DNA of 59,885 nt from Clostridia bacterium (GCA_017631635.1 JAGBSX010000028.1:1-59885), one strand, 5' to 3'; shown: positions 18,600-29,417, numbered from the stretch's first letter. The notes: generated by a model not told the origin, from the letters alone. Program-made: numbers and translations.

Positions 18600-18848
18600 T
18601 TACTCACCCTTGTATGGGAGTAGAGCCATCTCTCTAGCACGCTTGATAGCGGTAGATAGAGCGCGTTGGTGCTTAGCACATACACCTGACATACGACGAG
18701 GGAGTATCTTACCCTTCTCGGTGGTGAAACGACGCAACTTGGTGGCATCTTTGTAATCTATACTGTCTACCTTGTCCACACAGAAGATACATACTTTCTT
18801 CTTGGGGATACGCTTGGCAGGAGCAAATTTTACATTCTTATCTTCCAT
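18600..18848 (-). CDS. rpsR: 30S ribosomal protein S18 (Zn-binding C+ type)
   Basis: C.FC...IDYKD...L..F.TE.GKILPRR.SG.CAKHQR...AIKRAR..ALLPY. Confidence 0.98.
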   Translation of the reverse strand: MEDKNVKFAPAKRIPKKKVCIFCVDKVDSIDYKDATKLRRFTTEKGKILPRRMSGVCAKHQRALSTAIKRAREMALLPYKGE

Positions 18849-18865
18849 TGTTAATTACCTCCTAA

Positions 18866-19261
18866 TTAGAATGGCAAATCCTCTTCGACAGGATCGAGTT
18901 CGGTGATAGGCTTCTTCGCTGGAGCGACAGGCTCACCGTCTTCGGTTGTACGAGGGGAGAGGATTTCCACTTCGTCAGCAATTATGTCGGTAGCGTATCT
19001 CTTGACACCGTCTTGCTCATAAGAACGAGTCTGGATATATCCTACGATAGCGACTTTCTTGCCTTTGGTCAAATTGTTGGCACAAAAATCTGCAGTATTT
19101 CTCCAAGCAGTCACGTTGAAGAAATCAGCCTCTCTAGTACCATCTGCGTTGGCAAATCTACGTTGAACAGCGATACCAAAGGTACACATGCTCACGCCAG
19201 ATGCAGTTTGTCTATGCTCTGGGTCTCTAGATAGATTGCCTGTCAAAAAAACTTTGTTCAT
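18866..19261 (-). CDS. ssb: Single-stranded DNA-binding protein
   Basis: MNKV.L.G.L.RDPE, ADFF...AW, C-terminal DLPF; between rpsF and rpsR. Confidence 0.97.
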   Translation of the reverse strand: MNKVFLTGNLSRDPEHRQTASGVSMCTFGIAVQRRFANADGTREADFFNVTAWRNTADFCANNLTKGKKVAIVGYIQTRSYEQDGVKRYATDIIADEVEILSPRTTEDGEPVAPAKKPITELDPVEEDLPF

Positions 19262-19273
19262 AACTTTACCTCA

Positions 19274-19555
19274 TTAGTCGCAAGTTATCATATTGCGAAT
19301 TATGTCATCAGATATGCGCATCTGACGCTCGATCTCTGCTGGGATAGAAGTGTCAGCAGTAAATGCCATAAGCACGTAATAACCTTCGGTGATGTAGTTG
19401 ATAGGGTAAGCGAACTTCTTAGTTCCCCACTTGTCTATCTTCTCTACAGTACCACCATTTGAGGTCACTAGAGCGCTGTACTTCTCAATGATAGCATCCT
19501 TTTGATCGTCAGCGATATCGTTCTTGATGATATACAATATCTCGTAGTTCTTCAT
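19274..19555 (-). CDS. rpsF: 30S ribosomal protein S6
   Basis: YE..YI, WG...AYPI....EGYY. Confidence 0.97.
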   Translation of the reverse strand: MKNYEILYIIKNDIADDQKDAIIEKYSALVTSNGGTVEKIDKWGTKKFAYPINYITEGYYVLMAFTADTSIPAEIERQMRISDDIIRNMITCD

Positions 19556-19561
19556 AATAGC

Positions 19562-19608
19562 ACCTCCTTTTGGACTTTGCGGCTACACCGAGTAGTGTAG
19601 CAAGGGCA
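19562..19608 (-). promoter_or_regulatory. S6:S18 ribosomal protein leader RNA
   Basis: Minus strand GCCCTT-GCTACAC/GTGTAGC hairpin-CGCAAAGTCCAA-AAGGAGG; CCTT can pair with the SD, CCG at the hairpin base, directly upstream of rpsF. Confidence 0.65.
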
Positions 19609-19731
19609 TACGATAAGTATGCGTATAGAGTATATCAATTATTTTTATCTTTTGCAACTAAATAGATAGGGTTTTGTACTAATTTTTCACAAAAAATCGT
19701 CATTTTCATCAAATTCGTGTAGAAAAAACAT

Positions 19732-19760
19732 TTGCCAAGATACAATATTTGTCGTATAAT
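19732..19760 (+). promoter_or_regulatory. SigA promoter of SRP RNA
   Basis: TTGCCA, 17 bp, TATAAT; RNA starts 7 nt downstream. Confidence 0.75.
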
Positions 19761-19766
19761 AGTGCT

Positions 19767-20035
19767 ACTGTGCTAATCGGGGAGTTAGTGGTGCCCTGTC
19801 GCCTGCAATCCACTATAGCAGGGAGTATCAGTCCTAATAGGCGTAGTTTATGGCAAGCAGCCTGTAGCAAGTGATGATGATGTCGGGGTCTTATGCAACG
19901 AGACGTCGTGAACCATGTCAGGACCTGACGGTAGCAGCATTAAGCGAATAGTAGCGTGTGCCATAGGGTAGCTTCGGCGGAGTAGGCTACTACAGTAGCG
20001 TTGCGGTAGGTTGCGTCAACCTAGGACGGCACAGT
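19767..20035 (+). ncRNA. ffs: Large bacterial signal recognition particle RNA (with Alu domain)
   Basis: ACTGTGC/GCACAGT terminal pairing; Alu-like GGGGAG...GGTGCCCTGT..CCTGCAATCC.CTATAGCAGGG; helix 8 TCAGGACCTGACGGTAGCAGC; 269 nt. Confidence 0.92.
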
Positions 20036-20048
20036 CTTGGGATATAAT

Positions 20049-20080
20049 AGCACGGTGTATCTGCACCGTGCTTGTTTTTT
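20049..20080 (+). terminator. Terminator of SRP RNA
   Basis: AGCACGGTG-loop-CACCGTGCT followed by a T-run. Confidence 0.8.
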
Positions 20081-20113
20081 GGGTAGGGTCACTATGATTT
20101 ATAGGTGAAAATG

Positions 20114-20142
20114 AAAAGCAAGCCGATAGTTGGCTTGCTTTT
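20114..20142 (-). terminator. Terminator of the sugar isomerase gene
   Basis: AAAAGCAAGCC-loop-GGCTTGCTTTT. Confidence 0.75.
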
Positions 20143-20145
20143 TGA

Positions 20146-20832
20146 TTATTTTGCCTGTGGGTATTCGTTGCACAGTAGCCTATATGGTGGCTCGTCCTCT
20201 TCGATAGTGGGAAATCTGCCTACTGGGGGATTGAATCTATTGTCCGTGTTGTCGTCGTTGACTTGACTGACTTCGCCTAGTAGCACGTCGCCAGTACCCT
20301 CCTCCACCTCAAATTCGTGGTACATACCTCTATCGATATATATATTCTCGCCCGGGCATACCTTGACGTAAGAGCCTGCTGGGACTACACTCACTTTGCC
20401 GTCGGTGTGTACGGTGACAGGGGAGAGGTAATCTATCTCTTCGTCTGGTAGAGAATTGTACACTTTGACTAGTAGATTGCCACCACCACGGTTGATGATA
20501 TCCTCCGTCTTTGACCAATGAAAGTGATTGCAACAATGCTGACCACTCTTGAGATAGAGAAGTTTCTCAGCGTATTGCTTGGGGTATTTGTCTATCATGG
20601 AGACGTTGCCGTTGCGAATAGTGATGAGTGATAGACCGTATTTGTCAAAATCTCCTAGTCCAAAGTCCGTAATGTCCCAACCTAGCATACAATCTCGCAC
20701 TTCGTCGTATTCATGACCTACGCTAGCCCACTCATCTGGGGTGAAGTGGCAAAATGGTGGTAGATAACAAGTATATTTTTGACAAGCACTCTCTAGCATC
20801 TTGAGGGCTACGTTTATCTCACTTCTCTTCAT
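20146..20832 (-). CDS. D-lyxose/D-mannose family sugar isomerase
   Basis: MKRSEIN, LPPF, LGWDITDFG, YAEK, HFHW.K.EDIINRGGG, GEVS.VNDD.TDN.F. Confidence 0.93.
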   Translation of the reverse strand: MKRSEINVALKMLESACQKYTCYLPPFCHFTPDEWASVGHEYDEVRDCMLGWDITDFGLGDFDKYGLSLITIRNGNVSMIDKYPKQYAEKLLYLKSGQHCCNHFHWSKTEDIINRGGGNLLVKVYNSLPDEEIDYLSPVTVHTDGKVSVVPAGSYVKVCPGENIYIDRGMYHEFEVEEGTGDVLLGEVSQVNDDNTDNRFNPPVGRFPTIEEDEPPYRLLCNEYPQAK

Positions 20833-21002
20833 AATACACCTCGATATGGTTGATAGATATATATACCAAAGTACACCTAGGATAGCAACTATTAAAACTA
20901 TTATTTACTCAAAAAATATGGTCTTGATTTTATCACATTGTTGACATAACTCTAGAGATTGGTGTATAATCAAATATACTAGTATCGTATAGGAGGATAT
21001 TT

Positions 21003-21692
21003 ATGAAAAAGATTGAGACTCATTTGCATACTGCTCCCTTTAGCCCTTGCGCTATCGAATATCCTAGAGACATAGCACGCATTTTGAAAAAAGCGGGTTT
21101 TGATGCTGTGATTATCACCAATCACTATCGCAAGGATATATACGAATACTGGCAAGAGAGAGGATGCGACCCTGTGGACAAATACCTAGAGGCGTATCAC
21201 GAATTGGTCAAATATTGCAAAAAGGTAGATATAGACGCTTGGCTAGGTATAGAGGTGCACCTATGGAGATACAACGTAGGTGACGTGTATGGTCCTATGC
21301 ACGAGGTATTGCTATACGGTATAGACGAGCAGTTCTTGAGAGACAATCCTCATATATACGACCTCACGGTAGAAGAGCTCAAAGAGTTATGCGACAAGTC
21401 TGGCGTGCTAGCCATACAATCCCACCCTTATCGTGCCACCTCTAGACCTATAGATCCTGCCTACGTGCATGGATACGAGGTGTACAATGCAAATCCGGAG
21501 CAAAACCCTCCTCATATCAACGCGCTAGCGTACGAGGCTGCCGAACAACACGGCTTGATTATGACCTCTGGTAGTGATTTTCACAAGAGAGGAGACGAGG
21601 TGAGTGGTATGTATATACCGACTATCGTCAAGGATATAGCCGGATTTGTCGAGTGTCTCAAAGATGGTAGCGCTAGGCTAATACAGGAGTAA
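21003..21692 (+). CDS. PHP domain metal-dependent phosphoesterase
   Basis: ETHLHT, ITNH, GIE, HPYR, GSDFH. Confidence 0.88.
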   Translation: MKKIETHLHTAPFSPCAIEYPRDIARILKKAGFDAVIITNHYRKDIYEYWQERGCDPVDKYLEAYHELVKYCKKVDIDAWLGIEVHLWRYNVGDVYGPMHEVLLYGIDEQFLRDNPHIYDLTVEELKELCDKSGVLAIQSHPYRATSRPIDPAYVHGYEVYNANPEQNPPHINALAYEAAEQHGLIMTSGSDFHKRGDEVSGMYIPTIVKDIAGFVECLKDGSARLIQE

Positions 21693-21694
21693 AT

Positions 21695-22663
21695 ATGTTA
21701 GAGGTAGCATTGCAAGCACTAGCGTGTGTATTCGTGTTTTTGTTGATGGCGATACCTGGCTACGCGCTCAAAAAATTTAATAAATTGTCCGACGAAGGAG
21801 TGAATACTTTGTCTTTTGTGCTCAGTTGGATAGCGCAACCATTTTTGGTGCTCAACGTATTTGTCGGCAAGCAATTTAACTCTAGCGAAAGCGTAGATTT
21901 GCTAATATGTCTAGCCGTATCGTTTATGGCTGTGCTAGTGTCATTTGCGCTAGCGTACCTAGCCTTCAACGTTTTTTATAAAAATGACGACGCTAGGAGT
22001 AGGGGCTCGCATATATCCTCTGCCACATTTATGAACGCAGGATTTTTGGGAATACCTCTCATCAGCATGCTAATGGGCTCAAATAGTTCTGCTATGGTAT
22101 ATAGCGCGATATATTTGACTGCGTTTAATATATGTTTTTGGACGATAGGTATGTACGTGTCCTCTGGAGACAAGACGTACGTGTCATTGAAGAATTTGCT
22201 AAACCCTACCTTCATAGCGCTCGCTATAGGATTTGTGCTATTCTTCACCGGCGCTAGCATGGAGATACCTGCCTGGTTGGCGAACGGGATATCTCTCATG
22301 GGCAATATGGCTACCCCTCTATGCGTCATAGTATTTGGCGCAATACTCGCCGACAATAAGTGGTCGGAGATATTTAGAGGTGGTAGGTCGTGGTTGGCTA
22401 CACTACTCAAACTAATAGTATCTCCTCTAGTGGTACTAGCATTGCTGATACTACTAGGTATAGACGGTACTATCATCAAGGTAGTCATGCTACTGACTAT
22501 GATGCCTACAGCGTCACTTTGCCTAGCGATGGCAAAACTATACGGAGGAGACGTCAAAGGCTCTCTCAAAGTGCAACTCGCTACCACTCTACTATGTATG
22601 GCGACAGTACCTCTACTATGGGGATTGATAGAATTGCTAGCACAAGTAGGCTGGATAGTATAA
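21695..22663 (+). CDS. AEC (auxin efflux carrier) family transporter
   Basis: N.GFLGIP, NP..IA, TPL...G, KLIVSP, MPTA motifs; about 10 TM. Confidence 0.9.
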   Translation: MLEVALQALACVFVFLLMAIPGYALKKFNKLSDEGVNTLSFVLSWIAQPFLVLNVFVGKQFNSSESVDLLICLAVSFMAVLVSFALAYLAFNVFYKNDDARSRGSHISSATFMNAGFLGIPLISMLMGSNSSAMVYSAIYLTAFNICFWTIGMYVSSGDKTYVSLKNLLNPTFIALAIGFVLFFTGASMEIPAWLANGISLMGNMATPLCVIVFGAILADNKWSEIFRGGRSWLATLLKLIVSPLVVLALLILLGIDGTIIKVVMLLTMMPTASLCLAMAKLYGGDVKGSLKVQLATTLLCMATVPLLWGLIELLAQVGWIV

Positions 22664-22676
22664 TATAAGGGAGGAT

Positions 22677-23771
22677 ATGATAATGGGATTATTTGACAAG
22701 ATTTTTGGCAAACAATTGCTCAAAGTAATAGAGTGGACTGACGACAGTAGTGATATACTAGTGTACAAGTATCCTATGGATAGCAGATACGCTATAATGA
22801 AAGGGTCTCAACTAGTAGTACGTCCATCTCAGAGGGCTGTATTTGTCAACGAGGGCAAGATAGCAGATATATTTGAGGAAGGTCGCTACGTGCTAGACAC
22901 CTCCAACTTGCCTATATTGACTGCGCTATGCAACTGGAAATATGCCTTTGAAAATCCATTTCAAGGAGAGATATATTTCATCAATGCTAGACAATTCACC
23001 GACCTCAAGTGGGGTACTCAAAATCCTGTGATGATGAGAGACGCCGACTTCGGTATGATAAGGCTCAGAGGTTATGGTGCGTGGTCGTTTAGAGTAAATG
23101 ATGACGAGAAGGCTATATACGAACTATTTGGCACAAAGTCTATGACTAGAGTGTCCGACGTGGCTGATTATTTCAAGAGAGTAGTAGTCTCTGGACTCAG
23201 CGACGCCATAGCCGAGGCGAAGATACCTGCTCTAGATCTCGCATCGAGATACGTAGAACTAGGTGACGAGACTGCAGTAGTTCTCAACAAAAAATTTGAT
23301 GACTTTGGTCTTAAGATAACCTCTCTCGTAGTAGAAAATCTATCTCTACCAGAAGAGGTGGAGAAGGTGATGGACACTCGTACCTCTATGGGTGTGCTAG
23401 GCGACAGTATGACTACTTTTACTCAATATCAAGCCGCGCAAGCCTTGCGTGATGCTGCCCAAAATACTGGCTCTGGCACGGTAGGTGCAGGAGTAGGTAT
23501 GGGAGCAGGTCTAGGTATAGGCAATATGATGGCGCAGACCTTGGGCAACGTATCATCTCAACCTGCATCTCAACCTGCATCTCAACCAGTCGCTACTCCT
23601 ACTACCCCCAAGAAGATTTGTCCTAGTTGCAATCACGAGGTAGGGGCAAACGTCAAGTTTTGTCCAGAGTGCGGTGGCAAGATGCCTACTAGCAAGTTTT
23701 GTCCAGAGTGTGGCGCTAGCGTAGGTGCAAATGCGAAATTCTGTCCTGACTGTGGTACTAAGTTAAACTAA
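22677..23771 (+). CDS. SPFH/band-7 domain protein with C-terminal double zinc ribbon (YdjI-like)
   Basis: VIEW, GSQLVVR.SQ.AVF..EG, KWGT.NP...RD.DFG..RLR.YG, GMG.G.G linker, four CxxC pairs. Confidence 0.88.
   Translation: MIMGLFDKIFGKQLLKVIEWTDDSSDILVYKYPMDSRYAIMKGSQLVVRPSQRAVFVNEGKIADIFEEGRYVLDTSNLPILTALCNWKYAFENPFQGEIYFINARQFTDLKWGTQNPVMMRDADFGMIRLRGYGAWSFRVNDDEKAIYELFGTKSMTRVSDVADYFKRVVVSGLSDAIAEAKIPALDLASRYVELGDETAVVLNKKFDDFGLKITSLVVENLSLPEEVEKVMDTRTSMGVLGDSMTTFTQYQAAQALRDAAQNTGSGTVGAGVGMGAGLGIGNMMAQTLGNVSSQPASQPASQPVATPTTPKKICPSCNHEVGANVKFCPECGGKMPTSKFCPECGASVGANAKFCPDCGTKLN
23554..23587 (+). repeat. 12-bp tandem repeat encoding the SQPA linker
   Basis: CATCTCAACCTG x2.8. Confidence 0.85.
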
Positions 23772-23772
23772 T

Positions 23773-24906
23773 ATGCAAAGTGAACTTTTTGACAAAGAAG
23801 ATATGCTAGTGGTCCACGATAGCAAATGCCCTGCTTGTGGCGCAGACCTCGTGTTTAGCCCTGCGGACAATATGCTCAAATGCGAGCATTGTGGTACGCA
23901 AAAGCAAATACAAGTCTCTATGGCTAGAGAAAAGATATATGACGAAGCAGACTTTTTGGGAGTAGAGGATTGGGCAGAGAGCAAGGCGTACAAGTGTGTC
24001 AACTGTGGCGCTATCACCACTCTACTCAAAGGGCAGATAGCGACTCAATGTCCATTTTGCGGTGCTCCTAGGGTAATAGAAGATGAGGGGCACGTGGGTG
24101 TTAAGCCAAATGCAGTCGTACCATTTAGGATAGACAAGATAAGCGCCAAGGCTCACTACGACAAGTGGATAAAGTCTAGGCTATTCGCCCCCTCCAAACT
24201 CAAGAAAAACTTCAAAGTAGACACCATGAACGGTGTGTATATCCCCGTGTGGACCTTTGATGCAAATACCTTTTCTACATATTACGGCAGACTGGGCAAG
24301 AGGTATACTACTACCGTAGGTACTGGCAAAAATAGACGTACCGTCACCAAGATAAGATATTTTAGCGTGAGTGGCTCTCTGTCTCGTGAGTACGACGACG
24401 TGACGGTGGAGGCTGGAGATCGTATCAACCAAAAGATATACGACAAAATAGCCCCTTATGATACCAACAATTCGGTAGAATACGACGGCAAATATATGCT
24501 AGGATTTATGGCAGAGAAGTATACTCTAGACCTAAACGAAGGATACCATATTGCCCAAGAGATAATGTCTGACGATATACGTAGCGCTATCATATCTCAA
24601 TACGACGCCGACGTGGTGGACTATATAGACGTCAATACCGAATATAGCGCAGTCACCTACAAATACGTGCTATTGCCTATGTGGATATGTACTTATAAAT
24701 ATGGCAAAAAGGTATATACTTTTTATACCAACGGTGAGAGTGGCAAGTCGTATGGCAAGACTCCATTGAGCCCTTGGAGAGTGGGACTAGCGATATTGCT
24801 AGGATTGGCAGCGCTAGTCGGTATAGGATATCTAGTGTACAACAACTATATGCTAGATGAGAGCGCCGTGGGACTGCTAAATGATATGAAAAATATGTTA
24901 ATTTAA
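23773..24906 (+). CDS. Zinc-ribbon membrane-anchored protein (YdjG-like)
   Basis: CPACG, CEHCG, CVNCG, CPFCG; P..VVPF, GVYIP.W.FD, NGESGK..G..P; C-terminal TM. Confidence 0.75.
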   Translation: MQSELFDKEDMLVVHDSKCPACGADLVFSPADNMLKCEHCGTQKQIQVSMAREKIYDEADFLGVEDWAESKAYKCVNCGAITTLLKGQIATQCPFCGAPRVIEDEGHVGVKPNAVVPFRIDKISAKAHYDKWIKSRLFAPSKLKKNFKVDTMNGVYIPVWTFDANTFSTYYGRLGKRYTTTVGTGKNRRTVTKIRYFSVSGSLSREYDDVTVEAGDRINQKIYDKIAPYDTNNSVEYDGKYMLGFMAEKYTLDLNEGYHIAQEIMSDDIRSAIISQYDADVVDYIDVNTEYSAVTYKYVLLPMWICTYKYGKKVYTFYTNGESGKSYGKTPLSPWRVGLAILLGLAALVGIGYLVYNNYMLDESAVGLLNDMKNMLI

Positions 24907-24922
24907 TAAAAGGAGAAATATT

Positions 24923-25123
24923 ATGCTAAACAAAGATACTGTGATTATCGACCTATTGCAAATGGGAGACGTAGACAAAATCGCCGACGTACTATATGGA
25001 TTTGGTATGCATTGTTTGGGCTGTGCTTTGAGCAGAGGTGAGACTATCGGTCAAGCCGCTCTCGCTCACGGTGTAGACGTGGACGAAATGATAGCCAAAC
25101 TAAACGAAGTTATCAACAAGTAA
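24923..25123 (+). CDS. DUF1858 domain protein
   Basis: GMHCLGC....ET..QA...HG.D.D. Confidence 0.88.
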   Translation: MLNKDTVIIDLLQMGDVDKIADVLYGFGMHCLGCALSRGETIGQAALAHGVDVDEMIAKLNEVINK

Positions 25124-25162
25124 TCGTCCGAGCATAGGCGACAGCCTAGAGATTGAAAAAAT

Positions 25163-25205
25163 CAGCACTCTATATTCACCGTAGGTGATATAGGGTGCTT
25201 TTTTT
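25163..25205 (+). terminator. Intrinsic terminator upstream of the rho promoter
   Basis: AGCACTCTATA...TATAGGGTGCT followed by a T-run. Confidence 0.75.
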
Positions 25206-25241
25206 CGAGGTGGCAATATTGCAATTTTTTACAAAATTCGC

Positions 25242-25270
25242 TTGACAGCAATAAAAAGGTTGGTTATAAT
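25242..25270 (+). promoter_or_regulatory. Consensus SigA promoter of rho
   Basis: TTGACA, 17 bp, TATAAT. Confidence 0.85.
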
Positions 25271-25389
25271 TTAACTAGAATTTTGTAAAATATTAGTAGC
25301 GATACTTCTCAATGAAGTAGTGACTACGTTTATCTAGGCTAATCGGTTATAAATTTGCAAGTGTTGACAATTTAATGAGGAGGTAGCAT

Positions 25390-26835
25390 ATGTCTACTAA
25401 ATTTAGTGTGGAGCAACTAAAAAATCTAGGAGTATACAATCTTCGTGAACTTGCTAGAAATCTAGGAGTGAAGTCCCCTACTACCAAGAAAGTGGACGAA
25501 CTAATAGAGGCTATTATGAGTATAAATCCAGAGGATATCCAACCAGCCAAACGTGGCGCTGGTCGTCCTCCCAAGAGTAGTAAAACTACTGTGGCTAACG
25601 TAGACGTGGTAGATACTCAAGATATCCCTCCTAAAAAGCCAAAGACGGTGGATAAAGAGGACGGTCAAAAGAAACAAGATATATTAGAGGCTCTCAAAGA
25701 TGCCGAAGTCAGAGAGGGTGTATTTGAGCCACATCCAGATGGTGGATACGGCTTTTTGCGTACGGACAAGAGTGGCGTGCAAAATCAAGAGACTGACGCC
25801 TACGTATCGCAGAGTCAAATTAAGAAATTTAGCCTACGCTACGGTGACGTCATCAGGGCTAGAGTCAAGGTAGATAAGAATAATGGTGGCAAATCTGCTC
25901 CCGTCATATCTATAGATATGATAAATGGTGAGCCTGCCGAACAAATGGCAAATAGAGTGCATTTTGACGACTTGACACCTATATACCCAGACGAGAGATA
26001 TAGGCTAGAGATACCTGGTGTAGTCAACGACTTGGCTGTGAGATGTATAGACCTAGTCGCACCTATAGGCAAGGGACAGAGGGCTATGATAGTCTCTCCC
26101 CCCAAGGCTGGCAAGACTACTATCCTCAAACAAATAGCACATTCGCTATCAGTCAATTATCCAGAGGTTGAGTTGTACGTGCTACTCATAGACGAGAGAC
26201 CAGAAGAAGTGACTGATATGCAGAGATTTGTCACAGGTGAGGTGGTATACTCCACCTTTGACGAGACTGCAGAACATCATATAGAGTGCGCCGAGAGACT
26301 ACTAGAGAAGGCAAAACGCAGAGTAGAGATGGGCAAGGACGTAGTGATACTACTAGACAGTCTCACTAGACTCGCTCGTGCGTACAACGTAGAGGTAGCC
26401 TCCTCCGGCAAGATACTCTCTGGTGGAGTAGACCCTGTGGCTCTACATCACCCCAAGAGATTTTTTGGTGCTGCACGCAATACCGAAAATGGTGGCACTC
26501 TCACTATAATAGCCACGGCGCTAGTAGACACAGGTAGCCGTATGGACGAGGTGATATACGAGGAGTTTAAGGGTACTGGCAATATGGAGATACACCTAGA
26601 TAGGACGTTGAGCGAGAGGAGAATATATCCTGCTATATCCTTGCACCGCAGTAGCACCAGGAGAGAAGAGGCGCTACTAGATGCATTTGAGAGAGAGGGT
26701 ATGTGGGCTGTACGCCGTATGCTAGACAACGACACTATCGACAATACCGAGAGACTACTGTATATGATAGACAAAGCCCCTACCAACAAAGATTTTTTGA
26801 TAAATCTAAACAACCAGTTGAATAATAAGAGGTAG
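25390..26835 (+). CDS. rho: Transcription termination factor Rho
   Basis: [57 protein letters not shown]. Confidence 0.98.
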   Translation: MSTKFSVEQLKNLGVYNLRELARNLGVKSPTTKKVDELIEAIMSINPEDIQPAKRGAGRPPKSSKTTVANVDVVDTQDIPPKKPKTVDKEDGQKKQDILEALKDAEVREGVFEPHPDGGYGFLRTDKSGVQNQETDAYVSQSQIKKFSLRYGDVIRARVKVDKNNGGKSAPVISIDMINGEPAEQMANRVHFDDLTPIYPDERYRLEIPGVVNDLAVRCIDLVAPIGKGQRAMIVSPPKAGKTTILKQIAHSLSVNYPEVELYVLLIDERPEEVTDMQRFVTGEVVYSTFDETAEHHIECAERLLEKAKRRVEMGKDVVILLDSLTRLARAYNVEVASSGKILSGGVDPVALHHPKRFFGAARNTENGGTLTIIATALVDTGSRMDEVIYEEFKGTGNMEIHLDRTLSERRIYPAISLHRSSTRREEALLDAFEREGMWAVRRMLDNDTIDNTERLLYMIDKAPTNKDFLINLNNQLNNKR

Positions 26836-26843
26836 GTGAAATT

Positions 26844-28541
26844 ATGTACGCTAATCTCAAGACAAGGTATACCTACGAGGGTGTGCCTCACTCCGAGTAT
26901 CCTAGACCTACTATGCGTAGAGATAGTTATCTCACTCTCAACGGAGAGTGGGATTTCGCCATAGCCCTAGAGGGAGAAGAGCCTATCTACGACAAGCGTA
27001 TAGTAGTACCGTTCGCCCCAGAGAGTATGGCGTCTGGTATAGGAGAGGTATATGATGAAAAATACGTACGTTGGTATCGTAGAGAGGTGGTATTATCCCC
27101 TGATTTTGACAAGGGTAGAGTGATACTGCACCTAGGGAGTGTGGACCAGAGAGCCACTATATATCTCAATGGAGAAGTAGTCTGCGAGCACGTGGGTGGA
27201 TATATGCCATTTGAGGTGGATATCAGCGACTATCTTAGTGAGAAAAATATACTAGAAGTCAAAGCCGTAGATATACTATCCGACTATATAGAGCCTTATG
27301 GCAAGCAAAGGGTAGATAGAGGTGGTATGTGGTATACCCCTGTGTCAGGTATATGGGGTAGCGTATGGCTAGAGAGCGTACCTAGTAGATATATATCCTC
27401 ACTCAAGGTAAATATGCTAGAGGGAGGAGTGAGTATAGAGGTAGGTGGCGTAGAGAGTGGAGAGATACTACTCACTACTCCAGATGGAGTGGAGAAGTAC
27501 GAGGTAATAGGTGGCAAATGCGATATATCTATCCCCACCCCTAGACTATGGTCTCCATCTGATCCATATCTATATAGATATGAGGTGGTGAGTGATGAGG
27601 ATAGAGTGCAGTCTTATTTTGCCATTAGGCATATCGAGATAAAGGAGATAGGTGGAGTACCACGCATTACTCTCAATGGCGAGCCTATATTCTTCCACGC
27701 AGTACTAGACCAAGGATATTATAGCGACGGTATATATACTCCTGTCGATTTGCAAGCGTATACCGACGATATAGAGTATATCAAGTCATTAGGCTTCAAT
27801 ACCATACGCAAACATATCAAGGTAGAGCCAGAATACTTCTACTACGAGTGCGATAGGCTAGGTATGATAGTGTGGCAAGATATGGTGAATAATGGCAAAT
27901 ACTCTTTCTTCAAAGATACCGTATTGCCTACCATAGGATTTCTTGGCAAAAATGATAAAAATCTACACCCCGACAAAAAGTCGAGAGAGGCATTTGTGAG
28001 GACTATGCTAGAGACTATATCTCTACTAGACAAGCACCCTAGCGTGTGCTACTACACGATATTCAATGAGGGTTGGGGACAATTTGATAGTCAGAGTGCG
28101 TATACTCTAGTCAAGAGTATCGAAAAGACTAGGATAATAGACACCACTTCTGGTTGGTATAGGTGTGGCGATAGCGACGTAGACAGTAGGCATATATACT
28201 TTAGGAAACTCAAGATAAAGCCCTCTACCAAGCCTGTGGTGATATCCGAATTTGGAGGTATAGTGTATAGTGTCGAGGGACACGTGTACAACCTAGACAA
28301 ATCCTACGGATATGGCAAAGTCAAGAGTAGAGAAGAATTCGTGGAGAAATTGAGAGCGCTATATATAGACGAGGTACTACCACTCATCAAGAAGGGACTA
28401 TGTGCTACCGTGTATACCCAACTCAGCGATATAGAGGACGAAATCAATGGTCTCATCACATACGATAGAGAGGTCAAGAAGATATATCCTAAAGAATTTG
28501 AGGATATATCACGTATGCTATATCAGGAGATAAGAGGATGA
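26844..28541 (+). CDS. Glycoside hydrolase family 2 (beta-galactosidase/glucuronidase-like)
   Basis: [57 protein letters not shown]. Confidence 0.92.
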   Translation: MYANLKTRYTYEGVPHSEYPRPTMRRDSYLTLNGEWDFAIALEGEEPIYDKRIVVPFAPESMASGIGEVYDEKYVRWYRREVVLSPDFDKGRVILHLGSVDQRATIYLNGEVVCEHVGGYMPFEVDISDYLSEKNILEVKAVDILSDYIEPYGKQRVDRGGMWYTPVSGIWGSVWLESVPSRYISSLKVNMLEGGVSIEVGGVESGEILLTTPDGVEKYEVIGGKCDISIPTPRLWSPSDPYLYRYEVVSDEDRVQSYFAIRHIEIKEIGGVPRITLNGEPIFFHAVLDQGYYSDGIYTPVDLQAYTDDIEYIKSLGFNTIRKHIKVEPEYFYYECDRLGMIVWQDMVNNGKYSFFKDTVLPTIGFLGKNDKNLHPDKKSREAFVRTMLETISLLDKHPSVCYYTIFNEGWGQFDSQSAYTLVKSIEKTRIIDTTSGWYRCGDSDVDSRHIYFRKLKIKPSTKPVVISEFGGIVYSVEGHVYNLDKSYGYGKVKSREEFVEKLRALYIDEVLPLIKKGLCATVYTQLSDIEDEINGLITYDREVKKIYPKEFEDISRMLYQEIRG

Positions 28542-29329
28542 GTATGGATAGCGTAAACAAGACTATGTATATCCCCCTATACGCCAAAGCCTTCGTGAGC
28601 AAAAAGGGACTATTTTTGGAGGATAAGAAAGCCGAAGAGATATGGCAGAGAGAGGGATTTGACGTGGGGAGAAAATCTAGGTCAAAATGGCTAGCCTATT
28701 ATCTAGGGATGCGTAGTGCCGTATTTGACGAGTGGCTACGACTACAAATGAGGTCCTATCCTGATGCAGTAGTTATACACGTAGGCTGTGGACTAGATAG
28801 CCGTATATGCAGAGTGGGTGAGCAAGGACACCTGTGGTATGACGTGGATTTTGACGAGGTAATCAGCGAGAGAAAGAAATATTACTCAGAGACTGACCTC
28901 TACCATATGATAGTGGGAGATGCTAGAGATAGCATATGGCTAGAGACTATCCCCTCTAGTTCGCACGTTATAGTGGTGATGGAGGGTGTGAGTATGTACG
29001 TACCTACCCTAGATATGCGTGCATTGATAGAGCGTATATCTAAGAGATTTGATAGTATGTCTATGCTAGTAGACGTATACACTACGCTAGGGGCGAAAAT
29101 GTCCAAAATCAAAAACCCTATCAAAGAGGTAGGAGTGCAGACTGTATACGGCGTAGATAGTCCGTCGGAGTATATCACGGGGGAGGTGGAGTGCGTATGC
29201 GTACACTCGATAACTCCTACTAAATACGTGGATATGCTAAGGGGTATGGAGAAATTCGTATTCAAGACTCTATACGCAGGCAACCTATCCAAAAAACTCT
29301 ACCAACTCTACGAATACAAGAAAGTGTGA
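28538..29329 (+). CDS. Class I SAM-dependent methyltransferase (leucine carboxyl MTase-like)
   Basis: T.YIPLY, GCGLDSR, WYDVDF, EGVSMY. Confidence 0.85.
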   Translation: MSMDSVNKTMYIPLYAKAFVSKKGLFLEDKKAEEIWQREGFDVGRKSRSKWLAYYLGMRSAVFDEWLRLQMRSYPDAVVIHVGCGLDSRICRVGEQGHLWYDVDFDEVISERKKYYSETDLYHMIVGDARDSIWLETIPSSSHVIVVMEGVSMYVPTLDMRALIERISKRFDSMSMLVDVYTTLGAKMSKIKNPIKEVGVQTVYGVDSPSEYITGEVECVCVHSITPTKYVDMLRGMEKFVFKTLYAGNLSKKLYQLYEYKKV

Positions 29330-29388
29330 AGTTCGCCACCTTGATAGTTAGATAAATTGAGCATATTTCGTTATCACGAAAAGCAACT

Positions 29389-29417
29389 AAAAAGCACCGT
29401 ATCTTCGGTGCTTTTTT
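29389..29417 (+). terminator. Intrinsic terminator
   Basis: AAAAAGCACCG-loop-CGGTGCTTTTTT. Confidence 0.8.
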
